Shown here: positions 50,131 to 64,000 of the stretch, piece by piece
Layout of the letters: each line of letters opens with the position of its first letter
Position numbering within the stretch: the first letter of the stretch is position 1
Assembly: GCF_032444005.1 (NCBI RefSeq)
Contig: NC_091285.1
Span: forward strand, 13,206,001 to 13,270,000
Length of the DNA stretch: 64,000 nucleotides
Reading direction: 5' to 3'
Source: Ranitomeya imitator
Lineage: Eukaryota
Translations under genes and position numbers: made by a program
Notes under the pieces: generated by a model
What the model was told of the DNA's origin: nothing
Databases searched by the model: none
Seen by the model: only the letters and a program-made list of their open reading frames with translations

Positions 50131-50146
50131 GGCTCTTCTAAGAGCC
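50131..50146 (+). promoter_or_regulatory. Histone 3' stem-loop (H2A)
   Basis: GGCTCT-TCTA-AGAGCC. Confidence 0.95.
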
Positions 50147-50414
50147 ACCCACACCGTCACCACATGAGCTGATGCCGCTGATATCTGGTGTGATTGTGTT
50201 TTTTTTTTTTTTTTGCAAATACTAATGTAGACAGATAGTGATGGGATTTTTTTTTTTAAGTAGACCGTCCATATTGTGCTTAATGCTTGTACCCTCTGGC
50301 CATGAAAAGCTGTAAACTACAAAATACTGCTGTATACCATCCATATTCTGATGAATATCCCCCATATAGTACTGTATATGATCAGTCCATACATTTTGTT
50401 GAATACCTCCCATA

Positions 50415-51070
50415 CCTATTTATATAGCACCATTGATTCCATGGTGCTGTACATGAGAAGGCGTTACATACAAATTACAGATATCACTTACAGTAAACAA
50501 ACTAACAATGACAGACTGATACAGAGGGGCGAGGACCCTGTCCTTGCCGGCTTACATTCTACAGGATTATGGGGAAGGAGACAGTAGGTTGAAAGTTGTA
50601 GGAGCTCCAGTGTTGGTGAGGAGGCAGCGGGGTCAGTGCAGGCTGTAGGCTTTCCTGAAGAGGTGGGTTTTCAGGTTCCGTCTGAAGGATCCGAATGTGG
50701 TTGATGATCGGACGTGTTGGGGCAAAGAATTCCAGAGGATGGGGGATATTCAGGAGAAGTCTTGGAGGCGATTGGTTGAGGAGCGAATAAGTGTGGAGGA
50801 GAGAAGGAGGTCTTGGGAGGACTGGAGATTACGTGAGGGAAGATATCGGGAGATTAGTTCAGAGATATATGGAGGAGACAGGTTATGGATGGCTTTGTCC
50901 GTATTAGTAATTTGAACTTGATACGCTGAGGGAATGGGAGCCAGTGAAGAGATTTGCAGAGGAGGAGAGAGATGAATTAGTCAGGCAGCAGAATTAAGGA
51001 TAGACTGGAGAGGTGCAAGGGTATTAGCCGGGAGGCCGCAGAAAAGGATGTTGAAGTAGTCAAGGCGGGA
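50415..51070 (-). mobile_element. L2 3' fragment
   Basis: Tail TTTATATAGCACCATTGATTCCATGGTGCTGTACATG; body similar to 8600-8935. Confidence 0.78.
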
Positions 51071-51094
51071 GATTATTTATATAATTACCTTAAA

Positions 51095-51660
51095 TTGTCA
51101 TCCACTTCTGTCTGGACGAATCCCACAATCCACTGCGCCGCACAGGATGTATGCCGACCGCCAAATTGGAATACCCAAGTAATGGGTAGTATTCCAATAT
51201 GGCACCCGCTGGTGGTACCAGGCCCTTGCGCAGTACCACCAGTGGGTCATCGCCAGTCCTCCCCACGCCATAAGGACCCCTCCCCGCCAGACAGCCGTAG
51301 GAAAATTATTCACTGCGCAGCTGTGACCTTGGAGTCAGAAATGCTTCCAGGGGCGATCCCTATGATGTTCCTGTGTCTCAATATGTAAACTGCTGCTGGT
51401 ACCAACCTATTGCATGGTACCACCAGTGGAACACTGTCGCACCACACATTCACGTAGCCTGTTGCACGGTACCACCTGCGGAACACTGTTGCGAAGATGC
51501 CGCCGCCAGGATCTATCAAATGATTCACTGCTTCCATCTTTGTACAGGAGGAGTGCATGCGCAGTTTTAATGTGACCGCCGCTATCTGTGCATTGGTCTG
51601 ATTTACTGCACCTGTGCGAATCATTCTGCTGATCCCGGCAGCAGATGCGCGACGTGTCTA
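51095..51660 (-). mobile_element. Very degraded L1-like RT fragment
   Basis: PYWNTTHYLGIPI resembles the L1 RT YLGI motif; otherwise weak. Confidence 0.35.
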
Positions 51661-51686
51661 CAGGCAGAGGAAGCTGTTAACATTTA

Positions 51687-52001
51687 AGGGGTTTTCCCAC
51701 GAACTAAAGTTAATTTAAAAAATTGACTGTGTCTGACCGTGTACGGAGCATCTCCTGGGCAGGGGAGGAAGCAAAAGCCAATACTGGCATTATAGCAGGG
51801 GTCACAGTGGATTCATTATGTGAGGTAAAATATTTCACTGACTGTTTTTCAAAAATATTTTACCTCACAAAATGTATCCTCTGCGACGTCCTGCTGTAAT
51901 GTCAGTATTGTCTTTTGCTTCCTCCCCTGCCCAGGAGCTGTGGTATGTTCAGTACACGGTCAGACACAATTTTTCTTATGCACTTTTGTTGGAAAACCCC
52001 T
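51687..52001. mobile_element. T2/Kolobok-like MITE
   Basis: AGGGGTTTTCC...GGAAAACCCCT with TTAA-like flanks; palindromic. Confidence 0.75.
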
Positions 52002-52783
52002 TTAAAAAGTAAATATAAACGCCAACATGGCTCCTCCTAAAAAGTCCGACAATGAAAGGAAAGCAGCAAAGGCACAACGTCAAAGACAACAAAGGGCAAA
52101 TGAGACTCTGGGACAAAAACAATACATATAAGTGTAGATGCCAAGCACATGAGTCCACTGATGCAAAAGTCATTAGATTATCATCAAAAGATGCCATTAG
52201 GTAACAATAGCGCCGCATGCCTGCCCTCATTGTGACACTACAGCCCTCCCGATGCTATCGCATCGGGCCTCCATCTAGTAGTGCTATATATGCCCATATG
52301 GTTTTATACATTCTCCTTCTAGTTTATTAAAGCACTATATAGTGAGTACACAACAATAATCTAGTGGTAGAAAAAAAATCAGTTCACCTCACATTTGCCA
52401 TCAGCAGCCACTGGAGAAACTGAAGCGACCAACAGATTAATGTTCCAGCAACCTGAGAAGTACTGAGATTCAAAATTGTTTACTCAAAGTGGATTAAACC
52501 TTGTTCATGAGTGAGAATACGATCTGAGGAGGAGGAATATTTTACTTTTATAACCTGATGTTCTCTCCTTCTTAATCATATTATTCACTGATTGACCTGA
52601 TGTAATCCATTGTGAATAAAATCAGAGTGTGGATCTCCCACTGTTATCCAGGACTTCTCTTGTGCCGTGCCAGTTTCCTGGAATGCACTACTCAGAATTA
52701 TGTGATTTGCCAATATCTCTTTATACAGGCATAATATTTAATTAATCTAACTCTGCCCTCCCTTTTCTAATTTTTCCTTAGTC

Positions 52784-53708
52784 TGAGTCACCCACCAGGG
52801 CAATGGGGATACTCGGTACCAGGTCCAGTCGCTCTTAAAGGGGATGTCACAGTGTCTGTGACCCGATCCGTGGACCTCGGACTCAACAAAAAGGGGAAAG
52901 TCTTTAAAGGGTTTAATAAAGTCTATTTGTGATGTCACCTGTGGCTTTCGGTCAGAGGGGACCAACGCTGCTTAAAGGGGTCCTCTGGGGTGGTGTTGCA
53001 GCAAGATGGTGAAGCTTCCCATAGGTGAAGTGGGGTCCCCAGGGCTCCCAAGGTGTATGGCAGGTTGCAGCCTTTACATGGTTTACTGGAGTTGTAATAG
53101 GCCTCAGTCTAGGGTACCGGCAACAGGTACAGAAGGGGTCCCCTTAGCAGGTCAGGTTGGGAGCCTTCCTCTATGCTGGGTTTCTAGTACCTTGCTACCT
53201 GTGGTTTGCTGGCAAACCTCCTTCCTCTCTCCTGTCCTGGGACAGAACCTGCACGGCAGGCAGCTTGAGCTGTACTCTTGGGGGTCTCTGATACGGTGAC
53301 TCCAGGCTGTCTGCTGCTTTGCCTCAGGTATGGTAGGGGAAGTATACTTATAGTCCTATGCCCTCCGGGTCTGCTGTGGACCTTAGAGCTATCCACAACC
53401 TTGGGCTTCCGATGCCCGATTTCTGCGGTCTTTTAGGGGCCTAATCAACGCCTCCTTGAGCCCTCAATCTCTCCTCTGCTCCTTTCCGGTCTGCTCCAGA
53501 CTGAACTGACTACTCCTCCAGACCAGGATCTTTATTCAGGGAAGCTGCCCTAAAAGCGGGTTTTGAGCTCCCCCTCCTGGCCTGGATTCAGAAGGTGCTG
53601 TGTGTGAGATTACCTGCCAAAAGGATCCCTCTTGTCTACAGGCAAAGCACTACACTACCCGAGAGGAAGGCAACAATACTGTGGTACCCAAACTCCTGGG
53701 GTGCCACA
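52784..53708 (-). mobile_element. Gypsy-type solo LTR
   Basis: Minus strand TGTGGCACCCC...GGTGACTCA (TG...CA); perfect 4-bp TSD AGTC. Confidence 0.88.
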
Positions 53709-54089
53709 AGTCCCTCTTATTGGTCTCCATATACCCAATAGCACTTGGTAACTGTAGTTGCAGATACTGATTGATTACCGGATCATGCAGCTTTATATGA
53801 AAAACCCAATTTATTATGATGGCCGGACTGCACATGATGAGCATGTTCTACTTATTGTATCCTATTTCCTTATAGATTGTGAGCAGGACTGCACGCCTGG
53901 AACTTTTACTCTGTAAAGTGCTGCTAAATAGGTTAGTGCCATAGAAATAAAATTTGTGTTATACCCCCGTATAAAACTTTCTATGCTAATTATTACTATA
54001 TACCTCCATATAGATCTCTACAGCAATATGATGCAGTTTAGCCCCCAAATAGTGTAGTGCACCGTGCTTTAGTGCTGAATATATTACAT

Positions 54090-54240
54090 ATTCACTTACA
54101 GCCCGAGAGCCGCCATGTGTTACACTGAGAACAAAGAGGGAGAAACTATCAGCCATAGTGTGGGAATTTCAAATTCAGTGCTCAGCCAATCAGCACCATG
54201 GCTCCGCCCACAGGCAGTGTCAGATTAGAGTTAAGCAGTA
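54090..54240 (-). promoter_or_regulatory. Isolated GC-box/CCAAT/E2F-like module (right half of the empty-H4 element) downstream of H3
   Basis: GGGCGGAGCC...CTGATTGGCTGAGC...TTTGAAATTCCCAC...ATGGCGGC on the minus strand; homologous to 430-540 and 8455-8565. Confidence 0.6.
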
Positions 54241-54563
54241 ACCCCTTTATTCATGTGCCATGAGGTGTCAGGACAAAGTGAGGAGCGCTAAATAACAATT
54301 ACCTGGGTAACTGCATCTAGAAAGATTTCATAAGATAATTACATCTCTGCACTTTATATTCATGTTACATTAACCCTTTTTGCTCATGAGGCATACGATA
54401 AATTATAAACTAAAATTTGATTACCAGAAGTGAATCTCGCAAACAAAAAAAAGGAAATAAAAGATAGCCCATCTCCACATAACACATTGGAGGCTAAGGG
54501 CAAAAAGATCCATTACAGGATCTGGAGAGGAGAGTAATTGGCTCCTTAGTGGGAGGATTTGGT

Positions 54564-54579
54564 GGCTCTGAGAAGAGCC
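54564..54579 (-). promoter_or_regulatory. Histone 3' stem-loop (H3)
   Basis: GGCTCT-TCTC-AGAGCC then AAGGAG. Confidence 0.95.
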
Positions 54580-54609
54580 GTTGTGTTGTCTTCGGTGCCC
54601 GGGACAGAT

Positions 54610-55160
<551 letters not shown>

Positions 55161-55589
55161 GCAGGAGAAGCTCAGTCAGCAGAACTCCCAGAAATCTCCT
55201 TGTTCCCTCCTCCATGAAGTGCTGCTGGGTCTCCACGGTTCACACTGGTTACAGGCTGCGATAATGCAGGAAGGGTCACATCATGTCTACACGAGGCTTC
55301 TGCAGCAGCGGCCTCTGATGGCGCTGTACTTCCATATCCCCGTACACTGCGCTGTATAGTGGAGCCCCCTCATCATCACCCTAGATCCCCCCAATCCTCA
55401 CATAGCGCCCCACATCTAGACATAGGATGTGAGGGAAGTGCTCACCTGTCAGTAACATGAATGCTCTGCCCTAATATTATTATTTATATAGCACCATTAA
55501 TTCCATGGTGCTGTACATGAGAAGGGGGTTACGTACAGTTATAGATATCGTTTACAGTAAAAACCTATAACCTGCCCCCTACTATTCAT

Positions 55590-55920
55590 TTGTCTCTACA
55601 CCCTCCATGCACACGATAACTGCACTTGATACTTGACTATTGCACTTAAACACACGGGCTGATGACCGGATCATGCAGCTTTATATGAAAATCCCTGTTT
55701 ATTATAATTGCCAGACCTGAAATAACAAGCACTTTTCACCTATTGTGTCCCCCCATTTCCTTGTAGATTGTAAGCTTGCGAGCAGGGACCTCACCCCTAA
55801 TGTCACTGGTTAAATTGTCTTAACTTATACTGAATTTATTGTCTGTACATGTCCCCGCTTATTGTAAAGTGCTGCGGAATATGTTGGCGCTATATAAATA
55901 AAAATTATTATTATTATAAA
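55590..55920 (+). mobile_element. L2 3' end
   Basis: TGTAAAGTGCTGCGGAATATGTTGGCGCTATATAAATAAA then (TTA)n; absent from the paralogous spacer upstream of the first H3. Confidence 0.8.
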
Positions 55921-56969
55921 AACTACAATGGTGCTGATGGAATCGGTGGGGAACTCGGACACTGATCACACAGCTCTGCCGGGACAAGGTGGTGGCTATG
56001 AAATAAAGCCTTTGTGGGAGAAGGACGGGGCAGCTGCTGCTTATTTCTTAGGTGAGGCTCCTTGTCTGTATCACAGCTCCATATAGTGGTATATATCATA
56101 TAGCTGCACATATCTCCATATAGTGCTCTATCAGTCCATATAGTGCTCTGAACCTCAGTATTGTGCTATATACCAACATATAGTTCTGTATACGTCCGTG
56201 TAGTGTTTTATACTCTCCACATTGTGCCGTATACATACGTATAGTGCTGAAACCCTCCATATAGTGCTAGATACTGATGTGTACATCAAAATAGTGTTTT
56301 TCCCACATATAGAACGAAAAACCATCGAGGCAGCAGCTATGTACGATAACATCCAAATTTATTGTAGAAAATTGTATTAAAAGTGCCTGACAATTCCAGT
56401 GTGACTGAGACCCAAGATAAGTGACCTGACTGAGGCCCCGAAGAGCTGGAAGGCGCAGGACTCGGTCACACTGGATCTGTCGCGCACTTCTCATTCATCT
56501 TTCCATAATACATGTGGATGTTATCGTACATACTGTACCTCCGGCCTCGCTGGATTTTCGTTCCTCTGTTTCGCCTCTGCTGGTTCCAGGCTTCTCCGTG
56601 CTGACACTCGGGTGAGCGGACTCTCTCCCATTCCCCCTTCTCTGTGACTATGTCCACATATAGTGAAGAATATCACTATATACCCTGGAAATAGCGCTGT
56701 GTCCGCCCTCAGCATTAATAGTGTGCTATATATGGCCATATAGTGCTGAATACCTCATCTATGGTGCTATATATCGCCAGATAGTGTCACACCCCATATA
56801 ATGCCTCATACACCCCATATAGTGCTGTGTGCCAGGCTATAATGCCTCATACACTGCATATCGTGCTGTATTCCTCCATGTGAAGCGGTCTATGCCCAAA
56901 TAGTACCATACACCCTCCATATAGCGCTGTATACGGCCATATATCATTTCCCTCCATATAGCGCTCTGC

Positions 56970-57390
56970 ACCACGTGTTACTGAGGAGAACAAAGAGCGG
57001 GAGAAACTATCAGCCGTTGGGCGGGAATTTCATATTCAGTGCTCAGCCAATCAGCACTCAGTAGGGCTATGGCTCCGCCCACAGGGTCACTTCCCCGCAG
57101 ACACGTGGTGTTCACCCTTTAGTGCCCGATGTTTCCAGCTCCCGCAGAGCAGACTGCAGCCATCCGGGCACCGGGCGATCACCAGCCCCTCCCCCAGCAG
57201 CAGGAGCCGCGGCTTCTCCTCACATGTGGGCGGAGCACAGAACTGTTGGGGATTTTGAATTTCCCGCACTTTTTCCTGTCATTTTCCCGCGTTTATCACG
57301 AGGACGTTACATCTAGTCACAGCCCTGAGTCCTCCCCGGTGACCTCCTGCTCAGAACAATGGCGGCGGGAGACTGATAAATCACAGATGC
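56970..57390 (-). other. 'Empty H4' element, copy 3
   Basis: Reverse-complement near-copy of 125-545; junction 57233/57234. Confidence 0.82.
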
Positions 57391-58582
57391 ACATAGTTCT
57401 GTATACCCCATATCCTACTGTATACCCCAATATATTGCCGTATAGCCTCCATATCTTGCTGTATACCCCTATATTGTGCTGTATCTCCCCCTTTATACCC
57501 CCATATAGTGCTGTATAAATCCATATTATACCCCTGTATAGCGCTATACACCCTCCTGTGCTTTGCTCTTGTAGCTCCGGCTGCGATAAACCAGTGGGAT
57601 TCAGACCCAGAAATAGATCAGTGATTGTCAGTTTCTCATTGATCAGGAGCCTCTGGTCCGGGGAGTGACCGCTGCGTTATTTCATTAGAACATTTTGAAC
57701 AGAACAATGAGAAACTGCTGAAAATATCGCTAAGCGCTGAAAGAGTTAACAGCCCATCTGCGCCTATTACCAGGAGACCACTGGAGTCTGGCGGCACTAG
57801 GACCCAGCGCTCTGGGATCAGTGGAAGGTGACAGCGGGAGGTGTTGCCGCTTTTCTTAATATTTGATTTTTATAATGTGCAACAAACTGGATTCCGTATT
57901 GTAGATGTTTCCCCTCTATAAATAGGGCCGGGTCCTCCCTCTGTGCTCCTGGGCGCCTTGTGTTACTCCTCTATTGTACTTGTCTATATTCGCCCCTTTC
58001 ATGTGTAAAGCGCCATGGAATAAATGCGGCTATAGAAATGTATAATAATAATAATGGCATTGTAATATCAAGGTCAGTTTATTATCCCGCATAGTGGTGT
58101 CAATAGCAAAGGCTGACACTTTACTCAGTCCCATATACAAGGCCATTGTTGGTTATAAAAAAAAAAAATTGGTCCCAACATTAACTTGGGTCCCCACTGC
58201 TCCCACTACAGATCCTTGCAGTCCCCACTCCATATTGCATTTAATGTTCTATTTACACCAGTTTCCTTTCTTAGCCAGTTCTTCCATCTGCATATAGTGT
58301 ATATATTCTATATTCCCAGGTTCTGGAGCGCCGGTTTAAGGCTGTTGTGTGGTTCAGTATTATCAGTCCAGATATCACATTGGCCGCATTACAAATATCC
58401 AGATTGGCACTTACCTTTTCCTAGACACCCAACATGTGGGTTGAGACATTTTTCAGGAATCTATACTGATGGTTGGTAATTAAATTACTTTCCAAAACAT
58501 TTTGCAAATCATCCCTTTCAATGCCGGTCAGTGCAGCAGGACACAGACGAGCAGCCACAGCTCTGATGTAGACGGGGTGGGT

Positions 58583-58598
58583 GGCTCTTAGAAGAGCC
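58583..58598 (-). promoter_or_regulatory. Histone 3' stem-loop (H2B)
   Basis: GGCTCT-TCTA-AGAGCC. Confidence 0.95.
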
Positions 58599-58629
58599 TT
58601 TGGGTTGTGGGTGCAGAGCACGGAGCAGA

Positions 58630-59750
<1,121 letters not shown>

Positions 59751-59784
59751 GCAACACTGATCCCATATATCTACACAACCCAAA

Positions 59785-59800
59785 GGCTCTTCTAAGAGCC
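59785..59800 (+). promoter_or_regulatory. Histone 3' stem-loop (H2A)
   Basis: GGCTCT-TCTA-AGAGCC. Confidence 0.95.
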
Positions 59801-60411
59801 ACCCACACCGTCACCACAAGAGCTGACGCCGCTGATCTCTGCTGTGATGTTCTGTGCATACAGATCTGTTATTTGCCTGACATTCTGTATAACATTAGAG
59901 TAAACAAGAGCTGTAGTAGCACCCGGCAGTGGGTATAATCCTGTCACTATTGGGTTGGCACAGTGGGACTGATGATGGTTTATAATCTGCTGTGACTGGC
60001 ACTTACTGGTCTGGTATCAGGTCTTACACCCTCCTCTCCCCCAACCTCCAGGTCCTGTAGTCCAAAGTGTGAGTAATAAACCTGCAGTAAGGTGACCACA
60101 GGTTCATATTTATGACCTGTGCTGGGCACCTTGCATTAGATGAGTATTGTGGGCAGATGCTGCTCCTGGTGGCAGCACTAGTGCACTGCAGTATGACCCT
60201 ATGTGCTGCCACATGTGATGTGAGGACTGTGCATTAACTGGTGTGTATGGGGGGGGGGGGAGGGGGATATCCAAATATATACACACCCCATATTGTGTTG
60301 TATGCCACCATGTAGTGTGATTGCGATGTACTTCCTATATAGTGCTGAATACAGTCATATAGCTCTAAAAGATGTTGTTTCCCTTCATTTAGCGCTGTGC
60401 ACCACTTATTA

Positions 60412-62740
60412 GGCTACTTTCACACTAGCGTTAACTGCAATCCGTCACAATGCGTCGTTTTGCAGAAAAAATGCATCCTGCAGAAGTGATTGCAGGATGC
60501 GTTTTTTCCCCATAGACTTGTATTGACGACGCATTGCGACGGATACCTTTTAATGGCTAACTGAAAAGATGGTAACAAATTGCAAGCTTTCGAGACTACA
60601 CAGGTCTCCATCAGGCAAAGAGTAAAAGAAATTCTGAAGAATCACTTATTTTTGCTGCGGAGTTGGGTGCGAGAAACGATGCAGATCGGGAGGGGGAAGA
60701 GTGTGTGGGTGGAGACTGTCTGTGTGAGGGTGTTTGTGTGTGTCTGCGGGGCTGTGTGTGTGACTGTGCGGGGGGGGGGGGGTGTCTGCAGAGCTGTGCG
60801 GGAATCACAGGGCGTTGTGTGCAGAGCTGTGTGTGCGAGGCTGTATGTAGGCAGGCATCAACCGATGGGACTACTAGTCCCATCCGGCTATGCCTGCTAC
60901 AGTGACAGGTAGCCGGATAATGGGACAGTATAGTCCCATCATCAGGCTACTGTGTTCAAGTGTAAAAAAAAAAAAAAAAAAACACACATACAGAACATAC
61001 AACATAGAGTACATACTCACCAATCACCTTGTCCCAGAAGCCATCGATTACCTGGAAAAAAATATTACAATAATAAACCAACAATATACTCCCTGATCCG
61101 CAGTAATCCTTTTAATAACGAGTGTCCCATGATGATCTCCCGTGGAGATCTGTAGATGCGACCACTCTCCAGGGGATCCAGGATTCAATGACTGAAGGTA
61201 TCCTTCTACACTGTATCCCTCCGCCGCTGTGAGTACAGTGTTGTTCATACTGTCACTTTCGGCACTGCTGCGTGGGAAATTTCCCACACAGCATTGCCAT
61301 AAAGTGAGAGCAATGAGCTAAAGTAACCTCTTCAGTGATGCACTGCAAGAGCCATTGTCTCCTGTTGTGCGTCACTGGAGGCCTATAGAGCAGAGATATC
61401 ACCCGATATCACTGTTCTATAGGGGAGATCATCATGGGACACTCGTTATTAATTGGACTGCGTCGTACAGGGAGTATACGGTTGGTTTATTATTTTTATT
61501 TTTTTGCAGGTAATTGAGTATGGTAAGTATGTTGAAATTAAGAATATTAAAAAAAACTTTTCTGGCTGTGTCTTTTTTTAACTCTTTCACTACTATAGGA
61601 TTAGTAATGTATAGGTTTCTTATTGACGCCTCTCCATTATTAACCGGACTTAATGTCACCTTACAGTACAAAGGTGACTAACCCCATATTACCCCATATC
61701 CCACCGCTACAGGGCAGTGGGAAGAGAGGAGCTAAGTGCCAGAATTGGCGCATCTTACAGATGTGCCGTTTCTGGAGCGGTTGTGGGCTGGTATTTGCAG
61801 CAGGGGGGCAATATCCATGGCTCCTCTCTAGGCTATGAATATCAGCCCGCAGCTGTCTGCGTAGCCTTTCTGGCTATAAAATATAGGGGGACCCCACATC
61901 ATTTTTTGGGAGTCCCCCTATTTTAATAGCCAGTAAAGGCCACGCAGACCGCTGTGGGCTGATATTCATAGCCTGGGAGGGGGCCGTGGGTATTACCTGC
62001 TTCCTAGGCTATAAACACCGATCCCCAGTCGCTGGCTTTCCCGCTCTGGACTTGAAAAGTGTGCAGGATCCCACGCAATTTAAAAAAAAAAATTAAACAG
62101 ATATTGTGCTTAAGGCCGGGGTCACACTTGCGAGAAACTTGTACAAGTCTCTCGCCTCAATACCCGACACTGCAACTGGCACTCTGAACCAGAGTGTGCG
62201 GCTCCATGTATTTCTATGCAGCTGGACGCTCCTGTCCAATGCCGGCGGCAGTGCCGGGTATTGACTTGCGAGACTCGTGCGAGTTTCTCGTAAATTGTGA
62301 CCCCGGTCTAAAGCAGATTTTTTCTATCTATAAATAGATCTATCCATTGATAGATCTAAAGATATATTTAGATATACTGTAGATAGATCAATTGATAGAT
62401 GGATAGATATAGATAGATCTATAGATAGATATCTAGAGAGATGTCTATCTATAGATGTATATGTCTATCTATCTCATTCCTTCTGTTTATCTATCTGTGC
62501 GTGTAATGGAGTGTGGGTTGGACAAATGTTAAAGAGGAGGTAGGACCAGAAATGACATCACAATTTTTTTTTTTTTGGTTCAATAGTGGATCTGTATTTA
62601 GCTTTCAAAAACTAATACAAATCTGCATGAAAAAAAAAAAAAACGCAGCAAAAAACACAGCAAAAATGCAGCAAATCCACACCTGCGTTTTCTGGCAAGA
62701 GAGGGAAGAATCTGCACAGGCAAATCTGCAACGTGTGCAC
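60412..62740. mobile_element. Modular composite repeat with nested Harbinger MITE (62114-62308) and (TAGA)n tract
   Basis: Blocks homologous to 11760-12420, 14230-14690 and 31120-31900. Confidence 0.62.
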
Positions 62741-63474
62741 AGACCCTGTAATTCAAGTTTCAGTTTATGCTGTAAATATTCAAGTTTGTAAATGAAATTG
62801 CACACACTGGTATTTTTTGTTGAGCATCCGATTATTCTTTCTTCATTTTCAGCTTAAAAACTGATATTTTGATCATGTTTACATCTGGAATAGAGTGTGC
62901 AGCTCCCAGCGCCTCTGTATATATGGAAATAAAGGCTATTGTGAGGATTCAGCTTTTTTTCGATTATTTTGCGCATAATGTAAATTTCTTCTTATTTGGA
63001 CTCACACAGGATTATATAGACAAGTATGCAAATTAATTGTAAGTGTTCAGGGTGATCACAATGGATACGGCCTGCCCTCATACAGAGTCCAGGACTTGTT
63101 CTTCAAGGTTGGGGGATGCTTGGAGAAAAGTCCATGTACATGATTAATTCAGGGAACAAGGTGGATGACAAAATGGTTTCCTTCACAATCCCGTTCATCT
63201 AGTGCCGTATACAGAAATTGTGCTATTGATGCCTATACGCTTTCCACACTGTACTGTATACCCTCCATATAGCGCTGTATATTCCTGACATGAACACCAA
63301 ATAGTACTATGGATCCACCCCCACACAGCACCAGATTCCTTAACCCCCAAGACCCTCAGTGTTAACCCATTAGAGCCTGCAATGTTTCCAGCTGCAGTCA
63401 TCCCAGCACAGTGCTATCAGCAGCCCCTTCCCCTCCTCCCCAGCAGCTGTAGCTTCTCCTCAGAAGATGTGGGG

Positions 63475-63490
63475 GGCTCTTAGAAGAGCC
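63475..63490 (-). promoter_or_regulatory. Histone 3' stem-loop (H4)
   Basis: GGCTCT-TCTA-AGAGCC. Confidence 0.95.
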
Positions 63491-63515
63491 TTTGTGTTTT
63501 AGCAGAACAGAGACC

Positions 63516-64000
<485 letters not shown>

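Overview
Vertebrate, very probably anuran (frog), replication-dependent histone gene cluster. The taxon is inferred from the Xenopus-like H2B sequence and frog-type transposon families. The window holds 12 core histone genes (2 H3, 2 H4, 4 H2A, 4 H2B; one H2B partly N-masked), each with a 3' stem-loop, and no H1. They form two oppositely oriented arrays that meet at about 43.3-44.8 kb. Spacers are packed with transposons. The central ~25 kb (15.2-40.8 kb) reads as one old L2 LINE inflated by nested insertions (Penelope, Tc1, hAT, Harbinger-type MITEs, piggyBac-like, LTRs, minisatellites). The most notable observations are: (1) three conserved CpG-rich 'empty H4 loci', which match both flanks of the H4 gene but lack the ~518 bp from its CCAAT box to its stem-loop; (2) an H2B gene whose stem-loop is joined to an H2A-type 3' flank where the array changes orientation, suggesting recombination through a 33-nt element shared by H2A and H2B; (3) a UCUN loop in all 12 stem-loops; (4) an intact Tc1 transposase given a new in-frame N-terminus by a MITE; (5) two degenerate hammerhead-like motifs. 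All alignments were made by eye and TE boundaries without a stated TSD are approximate.
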